A stretch of 27,272 bases of DNA from positions 1 to 27,272 of IMG/VR virus record IMGVR_UViG_3300002301_000052; one strand, 5' to 3'. The DNA is from a virus (lineage: Duplodnaviria > Caudoviricetes). This document shows, piece after piece, positions 8,840-17,284 of the stretch. The notes beneath the pieces are model-generated. The model searched no databases, was not told the origin of the DNA, and saw only the letters and a program-made list of their open reading frames with translations. The first letter of the stretch is position 1. Every line of letters starts with the position of its first letter. Both the position numbers and the translations under genes were made by a program.

Positions 8840-10624
8840 TTATCCGCCAGCAAATTGCGAACCTGCTGTTGAACCGCCAGCAGCGCCGCCGCCTGCTCCG
8901 CCTGTTTGACTTGGAACACCAGCAGCACCAACTTCACCAGGAACGGATGCAGCAGGTCCACCAGGTGCGCCAGCTTGATTTGCGGCTTCAATATCACTCA
9001 TTGTTTCTAGGTCGGTTCCAATAGCACCAGGCGTAACACCAACTGTTCTCAAATCAGAACCTTGAATATTACTCTTTGGCTCTTCTGTGCCACGCTCTTC
9101 ATGCCACATTTTATCATTATCTGCCATTTCAATTTCAGTAAGACCAAGATATTTCTTCATCATAAATCGTTTTGACAAATAATCTGTTTGTTGCATTTGT
9201 GTAAATGCTGCAATACGACCAGAATTAAGTTCAATTTCACGATAAGAAGCAAAGTTCTGTGGTTCAGTAAAGCGTAATTCAAATATGCTGTTATCAAGAT
9301 TAAATCCACGATGTTTGAGGAATAGTTTAAATTCATCATCAAACTTAGGAGAGATATACTTTTGTAAACGTTTGCAATATTCATTAAAACGATATTCTTG
9401 AATAAGAGCAGTTGTTACCTTGCCGTCATTAAACGAACGATCACTATCTTCTGGACCAGTTGGCAAATAAGAACTTGGAATACGCAATGAACGAAACATT
9501 TTATTTTGAAAATAACGCAAATCGTCAATTTCACCAAGATTTTGACCACCTGGCAGAACTTCAACAGATGAACCACGTCCTTCGGCAGTCTGTGGGAAAA
9601 AGAAATCTTCATTCATGCTCATTGGATTATATGAAGCATCCATAAGATTATTGCCGCCGCCACCCTGTGTTGGGATACGACGCTGATTAATTTCATTCTT
9701 AACACGCTCAACAAACTGCATGGCAAGATGCGCTGGCATATTGCCAACATCAATCTTGAACATACGGCGTTCAGGAGCACGTGAAATACGATAAATTAAG
9801 ATAGCATCTTCAAGCAATTCTTTTTGCTTGAATACTTTAAACATTGCTTCAAATAGAGAAACACCAAATGGCCAGCTAACATCAAGACCTTCGGTTAAGC
9901 TTAAATGAACAACATGTTCAGCACCTACTGGAAACTCATTATTACCTGCACCAAAGCGAGTATTTGGTGAAAATACTTCACCGCCAGCGGTATAAGCACG
10001 GGAACCACCCATATATGGAGCAAATGCATAAGAATCATTTGGACCTGGCGGACGAGTGATAGTTCCATTTTGTAGATTAGGATTTAGATCACGAATATAA
10101 TAAATTTCAGGAACTTTACCCTGAGATTCATTAACAATAACCTTGGAAACACGGTTCATTTCAGTCCAGTACCATTTATAGGTTTCTGGATCACGAACGA
10201 ATACTTGGTCGCCATATTTCAAAACATTACGAAACATCTTAAAGATGCGTTGGTCAAAGTCATTTAACTTTGTCCATGCCTTAAGCTGTTCTTTAAGAAT
10301 CATAATTTCATTGTCGGTGGCATCTTCATGAAAGAAGATATTAAAAGGAGTTTTAGTATCTTCACTAACTTGTGTACAAAATTCAGCGATAATATCAAGT
10401 GCGCTATTAGCTTCACTATCCAAATCCATGTTTTCATACTGAGTATAACGATCAATACGATTTGGATGTCCACTATAAACATCTGGTAACATAGATTGAT
10501 AATTGCGATAGGCAGCGTTTGCCTGTGACCCAAGATAATTATAACTGCTATAATCGGTTACACTACCATTTACTGGTGAGTATGCTCCATCACTTACAAT
10601 GCGCCAATGCTTTTTCCAAGCCAT
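8840..10624 (-). CDS. gp20: Portal vertex protein, T4 gp20-like
   Basis: LLEDAILIYRISRAPERRMFKIDVGNMP, EDFFFPQTAEGRGSSVEVLPGGQNLGEIDDLRYF, LRIPSSYL. Confidence 0.97.
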   Translation of the reverse strand: MAWKKHWRIVSDGAYSPVNGSVTDYSSYNYLGSQANAAYRNYQSMLPDVYSGHPNRIDRYTQYENMDLDSEANSALDIIAEFCTQVSEDTKTPFNIFFHEDATDNEIMILKEQLKAWTKLNDFDQRIFKMFRNVLKYGDQVFVRDPETYKWYWTEMNRVSKVIVNESQGKVPEIYYIRDLNPNLQNGTITRPPGPNDSYAFAPYMGGSRAYTAGGEVFSPNTRFGAGNNEFPVGAEHVVHLSLTEGLDVSWPFGVSLFEAMFKVFKQKELLEDAILIYRISRAPERRMFKIDVGNMPAHLAMQFVERVKNEINQRRIPTQGGGGNNLMDASYNPMSMNEDFFFPQTAEGRGSSVEVLPGGQNLGEIDDLRYFQNKMFRSLRIPSSYLPTGPEDSDRSFNDGKVTTALIQEYRFNEYCKRLQKYISPKFDDEFKLFLKHRGFNLDNSIFELRFTEPQNFASYREIELNSGRIAAFTQMQQTDYLSKRFMMKKYLGLTEIEMADNDKMWHEERGTEEPKSNIQGSDLRTVGVTPGAIGTDLETMSDIEAANQAGAPGGPAASVPGEVGAAGVPSQTGGAGGGAAGGSTAGSQFAGG

Positions 10625-10643
10625 ATTTCTAATCCTCGTAGGA

Positions 10644-10651
10644 TATTTATA
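10644..10651 (-). promoter_or_regulatory. T4-type late promoter for the portal gene
   Basis: Exact TATAAATA 19 nt upstream of the portal ATG. Confidence 0.75.
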
Positions 10652-10675
10652 GTTATATCTGGTGTTTTCTAATTA

Positions 10676-12949
10676 TTATGCAACACGAGCAGCAGTTCGT
10701 TCGGTATGACTAGCAACATCCTTAGTTGCACTAATCAAGTCATCAACCTTATTAATTAATGTTTGCATCAAATCATTTTGTTGACTTGCAGGTGCAGAGA
10801 TTGCTCCTACTACTTGATTCATCATTTCCTGAGTTCCATTGTTATTTGACATTGATGCCTTAGACAAATAGTCTGGTAAATCATCAGTTGTCACGCCGCT
10901 TGGAATAGGAACAATAGCTTCATTCCCATGCAGAGTTGCTTGATATCCACTGGTTGGACCATTTACTATACCACCATCCGCAAACATACCAGCAGAGGAA
11001 TTAATCACTGCATTTTCTTGCTCTTCATTTGCAGTTTTTTCTCTATTAAATGATTCAACATTTGAAAAACCAGCAGTTTTAAGAATTTTGTCTTTTGTAG
11101 TATCATTAATTTTGGCAAGTGTTTCAATCTGTTTCTCAGTCATAGTTAACAACTTAGCATGAGCATTATCAAGATCGCTTGCAGTAAACCATCCACTTTT
11201 TTGACTTAATTCTTTTCCTTCTTTTGCACTTTGTGCAATTGACTTGGTAAAATTATCAAATTGCTCGCCATTGCCTAATACTGCTCTTGAAAGTTTTTCC
11301 ATACCAGTAGCAAGTAAACCAGTAACGCCGTTTAATGTTTTGACAACTGTCAAATAATCACCCAAACTGTTCATAACTGATTTTTGCATTTCAATTTGAT
11401 TAGCCATGCCTATTTGTTCTGCGTCAATAAGTTGTTGAGTAGTTGGGTCTGTTGTAACCGCAGCTTGTGCAAGAGTTTGGCGTAACTTTTCAATATCTTC
11501 TGGAGTTTTATTAAGAAGAGCAAGAGATTTTCCTAAAACTTCAGTTACTGGTTTTAAAGCACCATCCATTTCACCCGCTAATCCTAAATCACGTAATGAT
11601 AATACTTGTCCTTTTGTTTCAGTAATAAATTGTGATAGAATATCTAATCCTTGACCAGTTTGAACAGAACCTTGCTCAGCCGTATTAAACAGCGATCTTG
11701 CCATCTTTTCAAAACCAGGAACCTGTGATGCTAGTAATGCACTTGATTCAGTGAATACATTTCCACCGCTTTTGACCATTTCCTTAAACATTTCCTTGGA
11801 TGCATCTGGAAGTGCTTTTAATTCATTTTCAATTGCTGCTCTTTGCTCAGGAGTTTTAGTTGCCAAATATTGTTGATAAGCAAGATCATTTGCATCTTGA
11901 TCTGCTTTTGCTTGTAAAGTTTTGGCATCTTCACCTGTTAAATCAGCAATAACTCGTAAATTTTGTGCATAAGCTGCTGTTGCTCTCGCCACTTGCTCGT
12001 CAGTTGCAGCACCGCTACGACGCATACGAGCACCAACATTAGCAATAAGACCTGGCAATTCTTCAAGACCAAATCCTAATGCTTGAAATTGAGAAGGATT
12101 AATAAATTTACTAACATTTCCAATCTTCTTGGCACCCTCAGTCATGCTGCCGCCAAATAATATAACAGCATCACGATTTTCATTTAACGATTTACTAAAC
12201 AAATCAGTAGTTAATCCTGCACTAAATGCAGCATTTTTTAATCCACTTACGCCATCTGCAAATATAGCACCAGCATTACTAGCTTCTTTAAAAGAACTAC
12301 TAATAGCTTCTACTTGCTTGTTCATGAACTCCATTATCTTAACGCCAGCATCTCCAACGGCACCGACAATAGGCCCAAGTATTTCACCAGCACCAGGAAT
12401 CATACTAACAAGACCTGTTGCAGCAGAAGCAATAGTTTTAAATGTAAATGTAGCGTTATTAAGAGCCGATTGTAATCCAGTATTGCTGCTACTATATGCA
12501 GCAGTTAAATTTCCTAGAACTGTATTAAATGCACCAGATACGCCTGTTATAAATTTATTATTGATAAAATTTGAGAAACTAGTAGCGGCAGCTTCGTTTT
12601 TGATAGTTGCATCTGCCAACATTTGCATATATGGCGTTGCATCTTTGGTTGCATTTTTAAAATCATCATTTATTTTTTTAACAGATTCAGTATATTCTTC
12701 TTCTGTTATAACACGATCATGCATTCTTCGGCGCAGCGTAGAAGTTTCATCAGCACGTTGACGCATGGCAACATCAAAAGCATCTTTAAGTCTTTTGTTA
12801 TCTTTTTTTCTATCATCGGTATAAGTTTGGGTTGCTTTTGTCAAAACATCCAATGATTTTTTAAATGCGCCACTTCTTTCATTAACCTCGGATAATGTTT
12901 TAACCCATTCTTCTATTTTCTGTTTTGATTCTAAGATTTCATCACCCAT
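10676..12949 (-). CDS. Probable tail tape measure protein (T4 gp29 analogue), ~757 aa
   Basis: Long Ala/Gly-rich helical protein with an amphipathic segment and C-terminal FADGGIVNGP..GY.ATLHGNEAIVP, typical of tape-measure C-termini; adjacent to a gp26-like gene. Start moved to ATG 12949 (SD AAGGT, late promoter at 12979-12986). Confidence 0.75.
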   Translation of the reverse strand: MGDEILESKQKIEEWVKTLSEVNERSGAFKKSLDVLTKATQTYTDDRKKDNKRLKDAFDVAMRQRADETSTLRRRMHDRVITEEEYTESVKKINDDFKNATKDATPYMQMLADATIKNEAAATSFSNFINNKFITGVSGAFNTVLGNLTAAYSSSNTGLQSALNNATFTFKTIASAATGLVSMIPGAGEILGPIVGAVGDAGVKIMEFMNKQVEAISSSFKEASNAGAIFADGVSGLKNAAFSAGLTTDLFSKSLNENRDAVILFGGSMTEGAKKIGNVSKFINPSQFQALGFGLEELPGLIANVGARMRRSGAATDEQVARATAAYAQNLRVIADLTGEDAKTLQAKADQDANDLAYQQYLATKTPEQRAAIENELKALPDASKEMFKEMVKSGGNVFTESSALLASQVPGFEKMARSLFNTAEQGSVQTGQGLDILSQFITETKGQVLSLRDLGLAGEMDGALKPVTEVLGKSLALLNKTPEDIEKLRQTLAQAAVTTDPTTQQLIDAEQIGMANQIEMQKSVMNSLGDYLTVVKTLNGVTGLLATGMEKLSRAVLGNGEQFDNFTKSIAQSAKEGKELSQKSGWFTASDLDNAHAKLLTMTEKQIETLAKINDTTKDKILKTAGFSNVESFNREKTANEEQENAVINSSAGMFADGGIVNGPTSGYQATLHGNEAIVPIPSGVTTDDLPDYLSKASMSNNNGTQEMMNQVVGAISAPASQQNDLMQTLINKVDDLISATKDVASHTERTAARVA

Positions 12950-12963
12950 GAATTTTACCTTGG

Positions 12964-12986
12964 TAAATAACTTTATATTATTTATA
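12964..12986. promoter_or_regulatory. Paired divergent late promoters
   Basis: TAAATA on + (12964-12969) serving the gp26-like gene and TATAAATA on - (12979-12986) serving the tape measure gene, within a 49-bp intergenic gap. Confidence 0.6.
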
Positions 12987-12998
12987 GGTAGCAAAAAT

Positions 12999-13844
12999 AT
13001 GCAAAAATCAACTAATCCATTGGCTTCACACTTTCGTCAACCAGCAATTTACCTGAAACTTCCTAGTGGAGGAAAATATTGGGTTACTGGTAGTTTAAAC
13101 TTGCCAGCCAATGGAGAGATAGGCATCATGCCTATGACTACAAAAGATGAGATTTTATTAAGAACACCCGATGCCTTAATGAATGGAGATGGCGTAGTTA
13201 AAGTTATAGAAAGCTGCTGCCCTAATATTAACAATGCATGGGGTATGCCAACAATTGATGCCGATAGTATTCTTATTGCTATTAGAATCGCAACTTATGG
13301 CAATGAAATGGACATTGATAGCACTTGCCCAAAGTGTCAGCATGAAAATCGTCACCAAATACCGCTAGGCGATGTGCTTATGCGCGTTCGTTCACCTGAT
13401 TATACACCAGTTTTAAATCTTAATGGATTGCAGATTCGGTTTAAACCAATTAACTATATGCAATCAACAAAAAATAATATTATAGATTTTGAAAATCAAA
13501 AGCTGGCAGAAGTAATTCTGAATCAAGAATTAGACGATGATACTAAAAAAGCACAATTTGATATTCATGTGCAGCGAATTGTAGATGCTAGCACAAATAT
13601 ATTAGTAACAAGCACTGCAAGTATTGTTACAGAAACTGGAGAAATGGTTACTGAATCTGATTATATTCGTGAATTTTATAATAATACAACCAATAAAAAT
13701 ATTAAAGCAATTCAAGATAAACTTAAAGAAATCAATGATGTTGCTAACTTACCACCTGCAAAAGTTCAATGCGATGGATGTGAAGAACAATATAATGTAG
13801 GGGTAACATTTGATTATGCAAATTTTTTCGGTCCACTATCCTAA
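12999..13844 (+). CDS. gp26: Baseplate hub assembly protein, T4 gp26-like
   Basis: YLKLPSGGKYW, PMTTKDEILL, IDADSILIAIRIATYG, CPKC and C-terminal CDGC..NFF; start moved to ATG 12999. Confidence 0.85.
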   Translation: MQKSTNPLASHFRQPAIYLKLPSGGKYWVTGSLNLPANGEIGIMPMTTKDEILLRTPDALMNGDGVVKVIESCCPNINNAWGMPTIDADSILIAIRIATYGNEMDIDSTCPKCQHENRHQIPLGDVLMRVRSPDYTPVLNLNGLQIRFKPINYMQSTKNNIIDFENQKLAEVILNQELDDDTKKAQFDIHVQRIVDASTNILVTSTASIVTETGEMVTESDYIREFYNNTTNKNIKAIQDKLKEINDVANLPPAKVQCDGCEEQYNVGVTFDYANFFGPLS

Positions 13845-13864
13845 AACTCTCGCAAGAAGAGATA

Positions 13865-14059
13865 ATGGCTCTAGTGGATCGTTATGAAAATGATGTCAAA
13901 AAGATTAAACAAAATGTTTTGAAAATGGTTTGGTATATGAGAGGTGGCGTCACTTATAGTGAAGCTATGGATATGAGCATGATTGAAAGAGAAATTATCA
14001 GCAAGATTATTGAAGAAAACCTTGAAACTACCAAGAAATCTGGAATGGCTTTCTTTTAA
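13865..14059 (+). CDS. Baseplate hub assembly chaperone, T4 gp51-like (possibly the frameshift extension of the upstream gene)
   Basis: WYMRGGVTYSEAMDMSMIEREII resembles the gp51-type motif; immediately downstream of the gp26-like gene, in the -1 frame. Confidence 0.7.
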   Translation: MALVDRYENDVKKIKQNVLKMVWYMRGGVTYSEAMDMSMIEREIISKIIEENLETTKKSGMAFF

Positions 14060-14063
14060 TTTA

Positions 14064-14363
14064 TTAATAACTTAAATCTGTATAAAGACCTAATAACGGA
14101 ATCCATCCAAACATAAAGAAGAATAATACACCTACAAATGCACTGCCTTCACTAATTGGTAATAAAATAAGATACCACCAATATATACTACCAAATATAA
14201 GATATAAGGGTATTCTTACCCATCTTGATGTATCACCAGAAGAATATGAAGTTGAATTGGATTGTTTTTCAATAGCAACTGCTTGCCTCTTTAGCAAATT
14301 TGCTTTTTCACAATCAGGACATATGATTGTAAACTCAGTTCCATGATATAAGCATTTGTTCAT
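14064..14363 (-). CDS. Hypothetical membrane protein with N-terminal Cys/His cluster
   Basis: CLYH...CPDC followed by two hydrophobic helices; preceded by a sigma70-like promoter. Confidence 0.65.
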   Translation of the reverse strand: MNKCLYHGTEFTIICPDCEKANLLKRQAVAIEKQSNSTSYSSGDTSRWVRIPLYLIFGSIYWWYLILLPISEGSAFVGVLFFFMFGWIPLLGLYTDLSY

Positions 14364-14369
14364 ATATCT

Positions 14370-14397
14370 ATATTATACCTTTGTGGTTATTTGTCAA
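14370..14397 (-). promoter_or_regulatory. Sigma70-type promoter, probably leaderless
   Basis: TTGACA-16 nt-TAATAT-6 nt-ATG (an overlapping TATAAT is also present); no SD. Confidence 0.65.
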
Positions 14398-14404
14398 GGG
14401 ATAT

Positions 14405-14823
14405 TATATGATGGGTTTCACCCATCAGTTCGTTCGCTTTCGCTCACTCACATATCGCTATCGCTCTTTTAATTCTTCTTTATAATTAATCTTTAATGTT
14501 TCATTTAGACCAGATTTTAGACATAGATTTCCTTAAGCAGGAAACCCATGTCCGTGATGCTTCATTTGAGCCATCAAATAGACATTAACAAACGGAACTT
14601 GTTTTACCAAGTGGGGCGGTTGGCCTGTACCCCTTCGCATCCAGTAGATTATACCAACGGAACCCATTATACCCTTTGTTAACAAAGTATAACGAGGCGA
14701 GGTTGCTTTTTCTCAGAGCCTCTTCATTTAGCCTATCGTTTGGCCAAACGTTTCCATTAACAGCAATGTCGGGGTGCTGACAACCTTCAGTTTAGTCCTA
14801 TAGTGGATGTGTGCCTAATGTGC
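14405..14823 (-). ncRNA. Candidate large structured non-coding RNA (or replication-origin element)
   Basis: ~420 nt without a long ORF in a gene-dense genome; several long helices (14519-14553, 14663-14695) pair fully only on the minus strand through G-U wobbles; additional hairpins at 14409-14427 and 14737-14750. Confidence 0.55.
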
Positions 14824-15945
14824 CTAAGATTTATTTTTAATGTAATATTGATTGCTTAGAAGGGTTCTGTCTGCCAAGGAGCCTGATATGCCTGAATCGT
14901 ATTTTCTTGCCTGTACTAAGCCATCAGTATATATCTTAAAAACCTGTTTGTCACTATTTTTTATGTGTTCATAGAAACTTGTGCTGTCTGGCGAATATTC
15001 GCTATTTGTTAGGTGAAATGTCTTAATATTGCCATTAATTGAAGTTCCATGACTATAAAACATAGGATATCGCCCAATAGCCTGATTCCATGCTGCAAAA
15101 TATTCTTTATGTGGCCCATCTACCACTCTGCTACGACCCTGTACATCATGCAAAATATCTTCGGTAAATTCTGGAAGTGACTCAAACCAATTGATTGCTT
15201 TATAAACTTGCTTAATATGCAACTGTGGCAAACTTTCGGTTATATAAAAACTTTCATGCTTTGAACCAATAAAATCTGCACAACTGCCATCTGGACAAAA
15301 AGTATACCATTTACCATCTCGTAGGATCAATTTAGGTTTATCAACGCCCATAATATCACCACGATCACTTATCTTGGTTGTATGACTTAAAAAATCTTCG
15401 GTAATGTTTGTACTAAAATAACGACTTGTTTTGCCTGGTTTTAACGAACAACCAGGATGAAATATCCAATCTTCTCCTAAATCCTTATAAAATTTAGATA
15501 AAGATTTATAGTTTATCTTGATATGATTAATCTTTAAATTAGGATAATAGGTATCCTTTACATATTTTGCATGTTCTAACGCAAACTTTGTTTCTGGATC
15601 ATTAAAAAAATCACCACGATCATATATCAAAAGTTCATCAAGCAATATGTTATTGTCAACGAAACTGCGCAAGATAGTATGGCTATCATACCCACTGCTA
15701 TACCAAAGTGCTAGATATTTGTAACTATCTCGCAACTGTTGGCATCGCAAGCGCAATAGTTCATGCCAATCTTCTTTAGGCTCCCTTGACCAGTCTACAT
15801 TGTTCCATACATCTTCCATCCAATGAAATGATATCTTATTCATATCACCCTTGGCAGCATGGATAGCGGCAATTTTACTATGAATGCGTTTGCCATCTAC
15901 CAGATAATAGATATTATCGTTATAATCTACACGAAATTTATTCAA
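14824..15945 (-). CDS. PP-loop (adenine nucleotide alpha hydrolase-like) protein
   Basis: YLALWYSSGYDSHTILRSF is a variant of the SGGxDS PP-loop after a hydrophobic beta-strand; likely TTG start at 15945 overlapping the upstream stop (track start is GTG 15963). Confidence 0.6.
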   Translation of the reverse strand: MNKFRVDYNDNIYYLVDGKRIHSKIAAIHAAKGDMNKISFHWMEDVWNNVDWSREPKEDWHELLRLRCQQLRDSYKYLALWYSSGYDSHTILRSFVDNNILLDELLIYDRGDFFNDPETKFALEHAKYVKDTYYPNLKINHIKINYKSLSKFYKDLGEDWIFHPGCSLKPGKTSRYFSTNITEDFLSHTTKISDRGDIMGVDKPKLILRDGKWYTFCPDGSCADFIGSKHESFYITESLPQLHIKQVYKAINWFESLPEFTEDILHDVQGRSRVVDGPHKEYFAAWNQAIGRYPMFYSHGTSINGNIKTFHLTNSEYSPDSTSFYEHIKNSDKQVFKIYTDGLVQARKYDSGISGSLADRTLLSNQYYIKNKS

Positions 15946-16537
15946 TGCCAAGACTTTCAACACTGTTTAAACCAACTTGAATACTAATTCGTGAAGTTGG
16001 AATATTACGAACGCCATGAAGAACTCTTGTAGTAATCAAAGTCCAACGACGAAGTGGAACTTGCAAACTATCTACAATATCTAATTTACTATGGTCATTG
16101 CAACGGTCGCCATTGTTTCGCCATAACGGTTTATCATGCTCTTGATAAAATACTGTTTTATGATCTGGTCCACCGCTCTCTAAAAGATAAAGCAATGTAT
16201 AATTGCGACTTAAATCACAATGAGCACCATTTGTATCTTTTTCTGCTGTTGTGTCAGTGGCAGCAATACGAATATTAGCAATATCTTTATCAGTGATATT
16301 TGTATGAACCCAATCTCGCATATCATCATCTAAACCATATGCAAGGTTAGGAGCATTAATTTTTTCTACACCGTCTACGATAATCTTATCGGTAGTAATT
16401 TTTGTCCAATCAATTTTTTGCTCACTACCAGTTGGCATTTGTTCCAAATCAGAATTAATCTTAAAATATGCCTGGTCAATTAAGTTTTGAGGAACTGGTG
16501 GCAAATTATCAAGAATTTTATATAACCAATTATGCAT
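15938..16537 (-). CDS. 2OG-Fe(II) oxygenase-like protein
   Basis: HxD (AHCD), then YTLLYLL strand, distal His (VLHGV) and R-x-S (RISIQ): facial triad plus 2OG-binding Arg. Confidence 0.7.
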   Translation of the reverse strand: MHNWLYKILDNLPPVPQNLIDQAYFKINSDLEQMPTGSEQKIDWTKITTDKIIVDGVEKINAPNLAYGLDDDMRDWVHTNITDKDIANIRIAATDTTAEKDTNGAHCDLSRNYTLLYLLESGGPDHKTVFYQEHDKPLWRNNGDRCNDHSKLDIVDSLQVPLRRWTLITTRVLHGVRNIPTSRISIQVGLNSVESLGIE

Positions 16538-17284
16538 TTAATAACTCCATTTTTTAGAAATATATGTTAAAAGACTGTTTATCAATACACCAGTGATAGC
16601 AATAACAAATAATACAGCATACATCTGATCTACATCAAGTTTACTTTTGGTGTCCATAATGAACGAACCAAGCCCAAAATATCCGCCAATACTACCAAAT
16701 ACTACTTCAAGGCTAATTAAAACTCGCCAACTATTTGCCCAACTAATACTGGCAATACTAATAATATTGCTGATTGTTGCTGGCAAATATACAAGCCTAA
16801 GTGATTTAATAGTTCCCCATCTAAGATTTTTTACATGTTTTTGCCAACGACTGTTGACATTTTCAATTGCATAAAGAATTTGTAATCCACTTTGCCAAAC
16901 AACATTCCATATAACAATACTATAAACGACTGCTGCCCCTAACCCCATAAACAAACTCATGAATGGCAATAATACAAAGCTAGGCAGCGGATTAAAATAT
17001 GCACTATATCGTATAAACAATAATTTTGCCCAAGTAAATTGTAAGCAAATAGTTACGATAACAATCGTTATTCCCATTCCTAAGATATAACTTAACACAA
17101 GAGTGCGCATTGTATAATAAAAACTAGACCAAAAATGAGTTGTTTGAACCAAGCCAAATAAGGCACTTCCGATACTTAAACTATCTGGAAATATCATAGG
17201 TTCTTTAACACTAAGATAAAGAATGTGCCACCCGACCAATAATAATATGAAAGCAACCGTATTAATTAAAAAGGAGCGTATCAT
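16538..17284 (-). CDS. ABC transporter permease, NitT/TauT (TauC/SsuC-like) family
   Basis: About six TM helices; NPLPSFVLLP, degenerate EAA region (VNSRWQKHVKNLRWG..LRLVYLPA), WRVLISLEVVFG..GLGSFI; start moved to 17284 (SD GAGGA). Confidence 0.9.
   Translation of the reverse strand: MIRSFLINTVAFILLLVGWHILYLSVKEPMIFPDSLSIGSALFGLVQTTHFWSSFYYTMRTLVLSYILGMGITIVIVTICLQFTWAKLLFIRYSAYFNPLPSFVLLPFMSLFMGLGAAVVYSIVIWNVVWQSGLQILYAIENVNSRWQKHVKNLRWGTIKSLRLVYLPATISNIISIASISWANSWRVLISLEVVFGSIGGYFGLGSFIMDTKSKLDVDQMYAVLFVIAITGVLINSLLTYISKKWSY

Noticed and set aside
6019-13358. Track ORFs inside the scaffold, protease, core, portal, tape measure and gp26-like genes, including the 210-aa ORF at 12129
   Set aside because: They fully overlap well-supported genes, have no recognisable motifs, and are explained by codon bias on the coding strand.
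14405-14823. tRNA, CRISPR array or group I intron as the explanation of the intergenic element
   Set aside because: No cloverleaf with a T-arm GTTCRA, no repeat-spacer periodicity, and no interrupted host gene or recognisable intron core found by eye.
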